DNA of 64,000 nt, from positions 1 to 64,000 of the forward strand of contig NIVC01003590.1 in NCBI GenBank assembly GCA_002269645.1, in the 5' to 3' direction. Position 1 is the first letter of the stretch. Every line of letters begins with the position of its first letter. Shown here one piece after another: positions 22,375-34,692 of this stretch. The position numbers and the translations under genes were made by a program. The notes below the pieces were generated by a model, which saw only the letters and a list, made by a program, of their open reading frames with translations, had not been told where the DNA came from and searched no databases. The stretch comes from Macrostomum lignano (Eukaryota).

Positions 22375-23330
22375 TGTAGAAAAAAATACTAAACTAAAGA
22401 CTATTTAATTGGAGTTAAATTGAAGGAGCAGGAGGAGCAGTAAGCGGGCGCAGGGCCCAAACCGATATATTTATAGAACATTTAACTTTGGGGGGTTGAG
22501 CCCAGAATAATAAAGAGAGGGGGTGGAGTGCGCGACTGAGGAAAGAGGCGAGAACGGAGAGCCAATCAGAACGCAGCAAGGGAGAGAGAGATAAGAATAA
22601 CAAGATTGAGCTAGACAGAGAGAGAAAACGGAGTAAACAGAGACAATTGAAGGTGAACTAAGAAATGACAAGGAAAGTCGCGACACTCCCCCAAAAAATG
22701 GAACATTTTTTGAATTTTCGAGTACCAATAGAATTATGAATTAGAGTTCAAGAAACAACTTTAAAAGCAAATTTAACAATGGTGTACAAATACGACTAAG
22801 AATTTCAATACAAAACCTGTGGAGACTACAGTGAATGCAAATTTGACCAAGAAATTTCACCTTTCACGTGTGCGATTTTAATGAATAAATTGTTACAACC
22901 AAATGAAAACTGACTACATCTACCCTCCCCCCTAAAAAATTAATTTAATTTTTTACATTGTGACTAGCTACATGGTGAAAGAAAAAATTGAATGACGAAT
23001 TAACGAGGCGATCTGGCCGGCGATGAGCGAAGAGACGATCCTGCAGGCGAACCCCGAGGCGCCCCGGCTGAGAATTTGAAACCGAGAGAGACCGAGGACA
23101 CCGCAGGACGCACCCCCGGCAGACGAATCGATGAGGCCGACAGACGAAGCGATGAGGCCGACAGACGAAGCGATGAGGCCGACAGACGAAGCGATGAGGC
23201 CGACAGACGAAGCGATGAGATGACTGGTGGAGGGCTACGGCTATGACGATGGCATGGCCTTTGCCAGCCTTACTGAATTGACTTAATTATGTTACATTGG
23301 GCGCCATATAGAAAATTGGAAAATTAGAAA
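22375..23330. mobile_element. Insertion of about 956 bp interrupting a 40-bp tandem array; TE-derived
   Basis: Array units are on both sides in register; an internal part is homologous to about 33975-34032 plus 34700-34742; it contains a stop-interrupted GC-rich frame with a 21-bp repeat. Confidence 0.5.
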
Positions 23331-24196
23331 GTGCAGGAATAGAATGGATTGCTAATCTAGCCTATCATGGGTGCAGGAATAGAATGGATTGCTAATCTAG
23401 CCTATCATGGATGCAGGAATAGAATGGATTGCTAATCTAGCCTATCATGTGTGCAGGAATAGAATGGATTGCTAATCTAGCCTATCATGGATGCAGGAAT
23501 AGAATGGATTGCTAATCTAGCCTATCATGGGTGCAGGAATAGAATGGATTGCTAATCTAGCCTATCATGGATGCAGGAATAGAATGGATTGCTAATCTAG
23601 CCTATCATGGTGCAGGAATAGAATGAATTGCTAATCTAGCCTATCATGGGTGCAGGAATAGAATGGATTGCTAATCTAGCCTATCATGGGTGCAGGAATA
23701 GAATGGATTGCTAATCTAGCCTATCATGTGTGCAGGAATAGAATGGATTGCTAATCTAGCCTATCATGGGTGCAGGAATAGAATGGAATTGCTAATCTAG
23801 CCTATCATGGGTGCAGGAATAGAATGGATTGCTAATCTAGCCTATCATGGATGCAGGAATAGAATGGATTGCTAATCTAGCCTATCATGGATGCAGGAAT
23901 AGAATGGATTGCTAATCTAGCCTATCATGGATGCAGGAATAGAATGGATTGCTAATCTAGCCTATCATGGATGCAGGAATAGAATGGATTGCTAATCTAG
24001 CCTATCATGGATGCAGGAATAGAATGGATTGCTAATCTAGCCTATCATGGATGCAGGAATAGAATGGATTGCTAATCTAGCCTATCATGGATGCAGGAAT
24101 AGAATGGATTGCTAATCTAGCTTATCATGTGTGCAGGAATAGAATGGATTGCTAATCTTGCCTATCATGGATGCAGGAATAGAATGGATTGCTAAT
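23331..24196. repeat. Minisatellite, 40-bp GTGCAGGAATAGAATGGATTGCTAATCTAGCCTATCATGG (about 2 further units at 22300-22374)
   Basis: About 21 tandem copies. Confidence 0.97.
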
Positions 24197-24639
24197 GATC
24201 CTACATTCATGCAGGGTTTAGCCGCACCAATTTCGAATCATAAGTTACATAAATTTTCCATACCTTGCTTTTTGCTTCCCAGTTGCCGGGTATCCCTAAA
24301 TTAAGCTTCCCCAGTTCATCCCGGATCCCACCTGACATCAAAGCGGTTCAATTAGTGCAGGCCTGAAGTGGCAGATCCACCTGTGGACTGAAGTTCGCCC
24401 CCTGTCTGCCATGAAGCTAGGATAAACATCCCGCAAGCTGCAGTCCCAATTTCCAGGCAAAGTTATTCGCAGAATAGCAATATTATTTCCCAAGCAAAGC
24501 AGACGGAATTTCCAGTGCGCATGAAAGGACTTGGACCGAATTTTTGCGTTAGATAAACGAGAAATTCATAGAAAAAATTGAATTATAGAATTTTTATTAT
24601 TCTGTGTATAGAAACAAGATTGCCACTTTTAGGGGTTAC

Positions 24640-25658
24640 AGACAGACTGGGGGGACTGACTGACAGATGCTGGGAGAGGGATAGTCTGACTGACAGATGC
24701 TGGGGAGAGGGGATAGTCTGACTGACAGAGGCTGGAAGAGGGGATAGTCTGACTGACAGAGGTTGGAAGAGGGGATAGTCTGACTGACAGAGGCTGGGGA
24801 GAGGGGATAGTCTGACTGACAGAGGCTGGGGAGAGGGGATAGTCTGACTGACAGAGGCTGGGGAGAGGGGATAGTCTGACTGACAGAGGCTGGGGAGAGG
24901 GATAGTCTGACTGACAGAGGCGGGGAGAGGGGATAGTCTGACTGACAGAGGCGGGGAGAGGGGATAGTCTGACTGACAGAGGCCGGGGAGAGGGGATAGT
25001 CTGACTGACAGAGGCGGGGAGAGGGGATAGTCTGACTGACAGAGGCGGGGAGAGGGGATAGTCTGACTGACAGAGGCGGGGAGAGGGGATAGTCTGACTG
25101 ACAGAGGCCGGGGAGAGGGGATAGTCTGACTGACAGAGGCCGGGGAGAGGGGATAGTCTGACTGACAGAGGCCGGGGAGAGGGGATAGTCTGACTGACAG
25201 AGGCGGGGAGAGGGGATAGTCTGACTGACAGAGGCGGGGAGAGGGGATAGTCTGACTGACAGAGGCGGCGGGGAGAGGGATAGTCTGACTGACAGAGGCC
25301 GGGGAGAGGGGATAGTCTGACTGACAGAGGCTGGGGAGAGGGGATAGTCTGACTGACAGAGGCTGGGGAGAGGGGATAGTCTGACTGACAGAGGCTGGGG
25401 AGGGGATAGTCTGACTGACAGAGGCTGGGGAGAGGGGATAGTCTGACTGACAGAGGCGGGGAGAGGGGATAGTCTGACTGACAGAGGCGGGGAGAGGGGA
25501 TAGTCTGACTGACAGGCGGGGAGAGGGGATAGTCTGACTGACAGAGGCGGGGAGAGGGGATAGTCTGACTGACAGAGGCGGGGAGAGGGGATAGTCTGAC
25601 TGACAGAGGCGGGGAGAGGGGATAGTCTGACTGACAGAGGCGGGGAGAGGGGATAGTG
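24640..25658. repeat. Minisatellite, about 31-bp GGGGAGAGGGGATAGTCTGACTGACAGAGGC
   Basis: Tandem copies with G tracts. Confidence 0.97.
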
Positions 25659-26509
25659 TGAAATCTACCCACAGAATTCTCATCCAGCCTTTCCAAGCAA
25701 ATATTTATCATCGAAAGAAGATACTCAAGCCCAGACTCTCCGCTCCATCTGGCAGGATGAAGACATCAGCTTCCGCCACAAGTGGCAATCAAAATGGAGG
25801 CCGCCGTTGCACAAGCGCAGAAGTTCTCGGGTAAACAGAGCCGTCTTCCTCCGCTGCAGACTCCACCCAGAATCCCACAGGCTTAGATGAGGCACAAGAA
25901 AAAAGCTGGGTGGAGCCCGGCTTATCCATCATCATCCCTCAATTCTGCACTCGCTTATTTCCAGCCCCATCCAGATTCGCCGTGCGCAATATCCAGCTGG
26001 CATAAAAGCAATGGAAGAAGGCAGTAAAAAACACGCCACAGCCCCAGCCTCCCTGTTGCTATCCAGTTGCCATGCGCGGAGGCTGCATGTGTTCCTCATC
26101 TTCGATCCTCGTCCACTTAGCCGGGAATGGGCCAGCATTCGGTGGCGAGAGAAGGTCAGGAATTCGGTGCGTAGCAAATGGCCCGGCCGCCCCCCTCAAA
26201 AATGCAGCCGCCAGTCCTCGGGGGAAAGAGGCGTAAAAGCGCGCCGATTCAAATCAGATTACAGCCATCGGTTTCGGGGATAATATCGTCGCATTTTTTT
26301 CTGAGTGCCGCCGCAATGCGCAAGCGGCTTCGCTTTGTAATTTTTAATTAGATTGCGGCCTGACATCATTTAAAGCGGCGCTTTTATGATCCCCGCTTCA
26401 CTGGACACTGATTCGGGCACGCAAAATGCCCGGTCCGCTGGGAGCTTCTGCCTCACATTCCGGCTTGGTATTTGGGGTCCAGGGTGCTCAGAGTCCGACT
26501 CAGAGCTCG

Positions 26510-27040
26510 GACTCGGCTTGGAGATTTGAGTTTGGAATGTGCAATTTCCGGCTTGGAATGTACCGGTTTAGAATGTGGAGCTTCCGGTTTGGAATTTATA
26601 TGCAATTTTTTTCGATTGTTTTGAATGTGCGATTCCGGATTTGGAAGTTCCTGGTTGGGAATGTGAAGTTTCAGCTTTGGAATGTGCAGTTCCTGGTTGG
26701 GAATGTGAAGTTTCAGCTTTGGAATGTGAAGTTTCAGCTTTGGAATGTGCAGTTCCTGGTTGGGAATGTGAAGTTTCAGCTTTGGAATGTGCAGTTCCTG
26801 GTTGGGAATGTGAAGTTTCAGATTTGGAATGTGCAGTTTCAGGTTTGGAATGTACAGTTTCGGGTTTTGGAATGTGCAGTTCCAGGTGTGGAATGTGCAG
26901 TTTCAGGTTTGGAATGTGCATTTACAGGTTTGGAATGTGCAGTTTCAGGTTTGGAATGTGCAGCTTCGGGTTTGGAATGTGGAGCCTCCGGTTTGGAATG
27001 TGAATTTTCGGGTTCGGAATGTACAGTTTCGAGTTTGGAA
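26510..27040. repeat. Degenerate array, about 21-bp TTGGAATGTGCAGTTTCAGGT
   Basis: Recurring GGAATGTG. Confidence 0.9.
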
Positions 27041-27884
27041 TTAGCAAAATAGCAAAAACTAAAACTAAAACGGAAAATGTTTTTTAAGATACAAATGTGA
27101 GTGTAAATAATATTGAGATAGTATGATATAATTTAATAAAGTTTTAATCTTTAAATTTATTTAAATATCTGTATTTGACGGCCATAGCCTCTATCAGATA
27201 GCATTACTGAGATAATATAAAGAGTAATAACAACACAGTAATAATAATACTACTCGGACTGCAGTCAGTACTGCGGTGCTAACACAGACCAATGACAACA
27301 CAACGCTCATCTGCATAACGCAAGCAGCCAGCGCCGCGACAGCACACGATTGGGCGGGGCTCAAAGGTGCTCAGAAGATGACTAGATAAGGTTGAACAGC
27401 GGATCACGTGACCGAAGCTGAACTGCCGGTGCAGGGAAAGACGAAAGCGACAGGAGAAGTCAGACAAACAGAAGAGGACAGTTGAAGCACAGAGGGGCGG
27501 CTTGCCGGGTGGAGCCTGAGGGCTGCAGAGTTACACAATACTTTTATTCCCACTACTGAGCTGATTCAATTGAAATTGAATGAAGCGAATTTCTGTAAGA
27601 CAAAATCTGCGTGCCCTACTTGAAGTAGTCAGCAGTGATGAGTTAAATCAGACGCGAATTAGGGCGAAAAATAAAAACAAAATCTTTAACAAATGATCGC
27701 ACGATGAAGTGCGGATTTTTCCTACTGGGAGATCAGCTGGACCAGGTGCTAAAAGCTTTGTTGCTGGGTATTATAGCAACTGGGAGGCAAAGGGGATAGC
27801 GGGAAAACCAAAGGGGGAGATGGAGATGTAGAGTTATAGAAACTGAGAGGTAGATAGTGACTGGTAAACAGAGAAGGGATTTTG

Positions 27885-28310
27885 GCGGAGACAGGGGTAG
27901 ACAGAGGAGGGTAGAAAGTGGGTATAGGCAGAGAGGTAGACATGTAGGGGTAGAGAGAGGAGGGTAGACTGTGGGTAGACAGAGGAGGGTAGACAGAGGA
28001 GGGTAGACAGAAAAGGGTAGACAGAGGAGGGTAGACAGAGGAGGGTAGACTGGGGGTAGACAGAGGAGGGTAGACTGTGGGGTAGACAGGAGGGTAGACA
28101 GAGGAGGGTAGACAGAAAAGGGTAGACAGAGGAGGGTAGACAGAGGAGGGTAGACTGGGGGTAGACAGAGGAGGGTAGACAGTGGGGTAGACAGGAGGGT
28201 TGACAGTGGGGGCAGACAGAGAGGTAGTCAGTGAGAGGTAGGCAATAGGGTAGACAGTGAGAGTTAGACAGTAAGGGGTAGACAATCGACGGTAGACAGT
28301 GAGAGATACA
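27885..28310. repeat. Degenerate array, about 14-bp GGAGGGTAGACAGA
   Basis: Recurring GGGTAGACA. Confidence 0.9.
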
Positions 28311-28399
28311 GGGGAGAAAAGGGGAAGAAGGTGAAGCGCAGAAACAGGAAGTCCCTAAGCTATGCGGGTGTGCATTTATACATAAAAAATGTTAGAAGT

Positions 28400-30272
28400 T
28401 CAAAGCCGATCGGCGCTCTGCGCCTTGCCGAACTGCGCGACCCCGGCGGCATCGGCAGAGGCGGAGACTGCGGGCGGCGGCACTGCAAACAGCGGCCTGG
28501 GCCGGCTAAGCGAGAAGTAGGGCAGCTGGGGCGGCGGCTGCGCTTGAGGCTGAGGAGAGGCCGGCCGGAACTGATGAAGCTGCGGAGGCTGCAGGCCCGG
28601 GCTGCCGCAGTGGCGGGGGAGGCTCGGACATGAAGATCCGGACGGATGAAAGCTGCCACCGCCGGCACCGGCTTGGGGAAACGGCGGAAGCAGCTGGCGT
28701 TGCTGCTGCTGGGGATGCTGCGGGTAGGCAACCGAAAGCCTCATCATCGGCTCCAGCTCCGGCGCCGCCCCGGCGGTGCTGCCAGCCAAAGTTGCCGCCG
28801 GAGCCGCCGCTGCAGCTGTCACGGCGTCGTCGGCCGACCAGGCCACGCGGTTGGCGCCGTCGCTGCCGACGCAAGCGCCGATGGCCGGGGAGCGCGAGCG
28901 GACAGGGCCGGCCGAGGAGCGCCGGCCGGGCGCCGCTTGCTGCTGCTGGAGACGCAGCTGCTGGGCGATCGTGTTCTGAATGTCCTCTGGTGATGAGGTC
29001 GCGGGAAGCTCGAGAATTGAGCACCGACTAAAACTGCCAAGCAATAAAGCAGCACCCAAAGCTCTCGCGCAACTCACCAATCTGTTTGTCAACGCCGGAG
29101 CTGCTCGAAGTCTGCAGCGCAACAGACGGCGGCAGCAGAGACTGCGGCGGCGGGAGAGGCGGCGGCAGCAATGGCGGACAGTCGGCATCGGGACGGGCTG
29201 ACCTGCAGGTGGCGGCGAGGTCAAGGGCCAGGTCCAGCTCAGCATCCGTGAGGAAGTTCACGCCGAGCTCGATTTCAGCGTCCGGCTCTTCAATGAGCGG
29301 CAGCTCGGGTGGCTCATCGGTCTGGCAGGCCTGCGTGACGCATTGGGGAGGTGATTGGGGATTGAAGGGCGATTCTTGATGAGATTGAAGGGCGATTCTT
29401 GATGAGATTGAAGGGCGATTCTTGATGAGATTGAAGGGCGATTCTTGATGAGATTGAAGGGCGATTCTTGATGAGATTGAAGGGCGATTCTTGATGAGAT
29501 TGAAGGGCGATTCTTGATGAGATTGAAGGGCGATTCTTGATGAGATTGAAGGGCGATTCTTAAGGGGATTGAAGGCGATTCTTGAGGGATTGGAGGGCGA
29601 TTTTTGAGGGGATTGAAGACCAATTCTTAATGAGATTGAAGGGCGATTATTGAGGTGATTGAAGGCGATTCTTGAGGGAATTGAAGGGCGATTCTTGAGG
29701 GACTGAAGGGCGATTCTTGAAGGGAATTGAAGGCCGATTCTTGAGGGGATTGAAGGCGATTCTTGAGAGGATTGAAGGCCGATTCTTGAAGGGACGGCAC
29801 TGCGATTCTGATGCTCCATCTTTAAAGCACGGGCTTCATCACAGCTCAGCCAGCCTCCCAGCCTCACCTTCTCCTCGGCGGTCGCTGAGGCCGCCATCGC
29901 CGAAGCCGCGGCAGCCGCTGCCTGCAGCAGCCGCCAGCAGACCTGCCAGGACTCCGCTGCTCCATGGGCAGTCAAGGACGCATCGCCGTTGCCATTAGCA
30001 ACCGAATCGCCCGCCTCGACAAAGCCGTTTCCAGCCAGATTGGCTTGAGCATCACTACTGTGACTCGGGTTGGAGCCCGGACACTGCGGCAGCTGGGCCA
30101 GCGCCTCGGACAGACGGGCGGCCAGTTGGGACCGGCCATCAGCGACGGCCCCAGTGGCAGCCAGCGGTGGCAGGGAGGCCAGCAGGGAGCAGCAGGCGGT
30201 CAGGTAGGTCCGGGTGCAGTCTGTCAAGCTGCGCAGGGCGGCGGCCTGCTCAGCAGCGAGAGCTGAGGCCAT
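28400..30272 (-). CDS. Hypothetical protein of about 414 aa; exons 30272-29868, 29330-29078, 28986-28400
   Basis: GT-AG junctions with consistent phases (0, 1): AAG|GTGAGG..CGCAG|GCC and ATTG|GTGAGT..CCAG|AG. The join reads VDKQIEDIQNTIAQQLRLQQQ (coiled-coil-like). Intron 1 is repeat-filled. Confidence 0.6.
29350..29790. repeat. Minisatellite, 23-bp GATGAGATTGAAGGGCGATTCTT (orphan gene intron 1)
   Basis: Tandem copies. Confidence 0.93.
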
Positions 30273-30783
30273 CCCGATGCAGCAGGGAGGAGTCTGGGAG
30301 CAGGCAGCAAAATGACTGGAGGCTGGATGAGAAGGTTGCAGGCTGCAGCAATGCTAGCTGTGGGAGATAGAATATGCATATTGTTATTGCAGTGAAAACA
30401 TTGTTCGATTACTTGAAGTCTTACAAGCTCAAGCTGATTATATTAATTAGTTGATGCCTCTGATTGCCTTTGATAATTTGATAATTTGATAATAAGGCTC
30501 AATTTGGCTTAAAATGTGTCTTGCATTGTGTAAACATTCTTACCAAAAGTAAATGTCTAAATGCTATGTAGATATTGAAAATAATACCAATAAAACTATA
30601 TTTCATTAATTTACTTGAATGCTAAATAAAAATATAAATAAAATGTTTATTTTTCTGATCATTATAACATTTTAGAGCATTTTATATGTATGGCACATAT
30701 ATACATACATGCGCAACCTTGGGAATTCACCTGGCCATTTCTATTGGCAACACACACATGTAAGTTGCTATTGGCTAGGAGCA

Positions 30784-30793
30784 GTCACGTGAC
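30784..30793. promoter_or_regulatory. Palindromic E-box GTCACGTGAC with two ATTGG (CCAAT) boxes just upstream in + coordinates
   Basis: Perfect 10-bp palindrome about 510 bp upstream of the 30272 ATG; ATTGG at about 30743 and 30770. Confidence 0.35.
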
Positions 30794-31429
30794 TACTATT
30801 CTGTGACTACTAGACCTAAGCCTGATTAAGCCACTAATTCTACACTTTTGAACTTGTTGTAATGGGACTGACATTGGAAAGCTGCAAATAGTCTATGGCC
30901 AAAACATTTAAACATTTTGTGACTTGAAAAAGGTCTATGGTCTAGTCCAAATGTCTATGGTCTTTAACAACTTAACAAATAACAAATAAATAGAAATAAA
31001 GTCTTAAATTTATTAGCTATAGTACTTAACTACTATAGCTAGGCCTAACTTCAATGTCATGGCTAGATGCCTTCTTGCATCATTGTTTATTGTTCCTCCT
31101 GCACAAGTGCAGCCAGCATTGGTTCTATGTGATATAGAAATAACCATGCAAGACCTTGCTGTGATGACAGCTACAACATGTGACCTAATTAACTGGCTAG
31201 CAACCTACTAACTTGCATGTATGTAATAACTATTTCCTAAGCCTAATACTTATTTCCTAATGGTAGAATTAGGGTCTCTCTAAAACATGCACTGTATCAC
31301 TTTGAACTGCTACACATTATAACATTTTTTATCAATGCAGTATTTGATTGCAGAAAAAACTAATTGTTGTAAGAGTAATGCAATAAATAACTTTAGATAA
31401 TATTTTAAATATTATTATTATAAATAGAA

Positions 31430-32470
31430 AGCCAAAAATCAACATGTGGTTTTTTCAACACGTTTCGCACATCAAGGTGCTCTAAGCGGGTTCCTGAGCC
31501 TGTTTGGTCTAAAGGCCTATTTTGACAGTTCTCTGATTATGTAAGCAAGTTTGCATGACATGGTGTAGCATTTGCTGGTGCACATTCCTGCTCATTTATA
31601 TTATCCATATTGATTCTGCTTGCTAGTCACCTGTTATCCCTCCTAGCATTAGGACTTTAGCCACTCGCAATACTTAGCTAGCTGGGGCTGGTACGTATGC
31701 AGTATGCTCGTAGGAGTGGCCAAGTGGCGGCCTGAATGCTTTTATAGATGGAGATCAGCATTCAGTTTCAGAGGATACATGTAGAAGTGGAGCTAGAATA
31801 GCAATAAAGGCCGAATTAACTATAGATGCTAAAAAGTCGCCTGCACACTAGAATCAGGGAGCATTGGCTCAAACCGTCGGCCATCCAATGATCCAAACCC
31901 AAATTTTGGAATGTAACAGATGCTCTAATTGTACACCTGAAGAACGTTTTAAAATAATCGATCAATGCCCATCTGATCGCAAGCTCAAGATCTTAAAGGC
32001 CTTGTACATAAAAAACCAGTCGCCCACCCTTAATATGCAACTCCAACACAGTGGTGCAGGCCATGTCCTCCATGTATTCTGAGCTGAGTGAGAGAGCATT
32101 GACCTTGTTGTAACTAACCAGTGCTCATTCAATTATATTTTGTTTTCTACCTATTGGTCTTCGCCCCGCCCTACGGACTATCAACCTCCAACTACTTTGT
32201 ACATACAAAATACGGCTATCCTGTAGTTTCGCACGTTAAATTATTACCCCCACCACCCTTGAATAGAGGGCGAAATAATTCCGTAAAATAATTTAACGTG
32301 CGAAACTACAGGATACCCCAAAATACTTACCAGCTACATACGTTCATTGACAAATAATTTATAAATTCGCTTACTCAAACCTTTTGTTTCAAACAATATA
32401 TCTGACGATGCACTTTGGTGTGCAAAACGCGTCGAAAAAACCACATATTAATTTTCGGCTTTCTATTTAT
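31430..32470 (+). mobile_element. Penelope-like retroelement 3' fragment (GIY-YIG C-terminus at 31864-32082) with pLTR remnants
   Basis: ILECNRC..FKIIDQC..KLKILKALYIKNQSPTLNMQ resembles the PLE endonuclease C-terminus (F.I....L.I.EAL.I...P.LN.Q). 29-bp inverted repeat and hammerhead-like motifs nearby. Confidence 0.65.
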
Positions 32471-34032
32471 TTTACTTGCCAAGCGAGCCAACCTGATTTT
32501 ATTAGTTTTCATATTCTTGTTTTCATTCATTATCAAATTACTATTAATATGACTTATTTTTCACTCCATTTTATATTTAAAAGTAAAAAAACTAAATTTA
32601 ATAAAAACTTAAAGCTTAACAGAAAACGCATTTTGAAATGTCTTCAGTTAAAGTCCAATTTGTTTTAATGTGTAGCGCTGCAGGGCCGGTGCGGGGCGTG
32701 TTTTAGGTAGACTCGGTGTAATTATTGTTTAAAGAAAAATAGCTTGCATGCAATGATATCACGCTAAAAGCGTAAAGCTAGCAGCATTTAGTGACAATAC
32801 TCCGCTTTGGGTTGAATCCACCTAGCTCTAGCATGCTTCACGCGTAGGCCTTGGTTGAATCAATCGATTGAATCCAAATGATGTACATGCTAAGACGGGT
32901 AGACTGCACACTCAAAATACGTAGCTCATTTTTTACTTTCGATCTTCGCTTTGTTTATTTTAAAAGCTAACTTAACTTTGTGTTCCCTTTATTCATTATA
33001 CTTTGTACAGCAGTTGTGTGATTTGATAGCTCATTTGATAGCGATTGTGAATGAGCTTTTGAGTGGAACGCAGTTCATTGTGCATGTAATGTACACGATA
33101 CGATGTTGATTTTGAAATCCGAGTAAACATGCAAACTCAAACTCAACGCAATGGATGACAAAATGACAATGGATCGCTCCCCCCTCATGTCGCCGAACTG
33201 ACTGTCGCCGAATTGACTTGTCGCCGAATTGGCTGTCGCCGAGTCAACCTGTCGCCGAATTAACTGGTTCACCTTGGTGTCACGAATTAATTGGTCACGT
33301 CAGTTTCTAAGAAATGGCGCGATGAGTCCTTGGAATCGAATTGTATTGTACTACAAAGCAAATCCACACAGAATTGGTGCGTGGGTACCAGTCGTTTCGG
33401 TGACAAGTTGCTTTGGTGATAGACACACTTCATTTTTTATGAAAAATTAAAGATTTCATGAGTTATACTGTATAGTGTAGGCCCTCTATATCTCTATACT
33501 TAGCTGTAACAGGAATATATTTAGGCCCCTATACTATAAGAATATCATCACATCCATTGAATTAGTCTATGAACACCTGATTTATCAAGGAAGGTTTTAT
33601 ACTATTTTCTTGTGGTATTCAATCTTGTTCTTAGCAATTTATAAAATCAACATGTTTATTTTATTATATTCCAAGGGCAAGCCACCACAAGGGGCTAAAA
33701 GAAACATGTTGATTTGCATTAGTATTCAGTTTTAAAATTTAAATAGGCTTGATTATTTTGACTTTTAACGATATTAGTTTAGTTTTATTAGGTTATATAC
33801 CATATTGCAAAAAGTATAGGCCCAACATCTAGTATAGGCCTAGCTATACTAGAAAACACCAACTTAAAAGATAAGACTGGCAACTAAAATTAAGACACAT
33901 CAAGCAAAGAGTTGAAAATAGATAGATAAAAAAAGAAAAGAGAAGAAAGATATAAATAGAGAGTTAATCAACTAGGCAATAAGGGAGAAAGAGGAATAAC
34001 AAGATTTAACTAGACAAAAAAAAAGAAAATAG

Positions 34033-34692
34033 TAGGGGTCAGATGTGATCACAATTGTGATCACGATTTCATGAATTCACGACCATTTTTTTCATGATTG
34101 TTATTTCTTTGAAACCCATTCATGACAGTCGTGAATTTCTGCTTTGGGCCTTTTTATATTACCAATTCCAGAATCAGAATCAGTTCGGAATTCCAAGAAA
34201 AACAGTAGTATAACTATTAAACTCTGTTAATATTTGACTGCCTTAACAACCTAACTTAGCACAATTTTTCACTTTCTTTTTAGCAATTGTCATTCAATAA
34301 TAAAAACTTTATAGCATGTATCTCCCTCTAGTTATGGAGACAAAAAAGTTATACTTCACAAATTGGTTCTGGTTCTGGAACCAGAGCAAGCAATATGAAA
34401 AAGCCCTTTATTACATTTTTATTAGAAGTATAACTTTTCTACTTGGTTTACCAAAATATGTGAACACAAATGTGTAAAAGAGTAATAAATTTTTAATTTG
34501 TTGACTTGACAGCATTACCAAGTAGTTATTATCAATTTATAAATATTTCTTTTCTTGTTTTGTTATTTTCAACACTTGTAACTTACAAGCTCAAAATACA
34601 TGTATGCAAATATAAATTCACGATCATGCCTGACTTTGAAAATTCCATGAAATTTCACGCCCAACCAAAATTTTCTGCTCGTCCAACCTCTA
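34033..34692. mobile_element. hAT-like non-autonomous element (MITE), about 660 bp
   Basis: Ends TAGGGGTCAGA and (reverse complement) TAGAGGTTGGA; flanks GAAAATAG / AAAAATAG (7/8-bp TSD); it interrupts a sequence that is contiguous at about 22583-22690. Confidence 0.55.

Noticed and set aside
25720-26280. Exon-like GC patches with a possible donor CGG|GTAAAC
   Set aside because: Could not assemble a consistent frame or recognise a domain.
32255-32285. CCCTTGAATAGAGGGCGAAATAA as a third hammerhead
   Set aside because: No CUGANGA core and no stem II.
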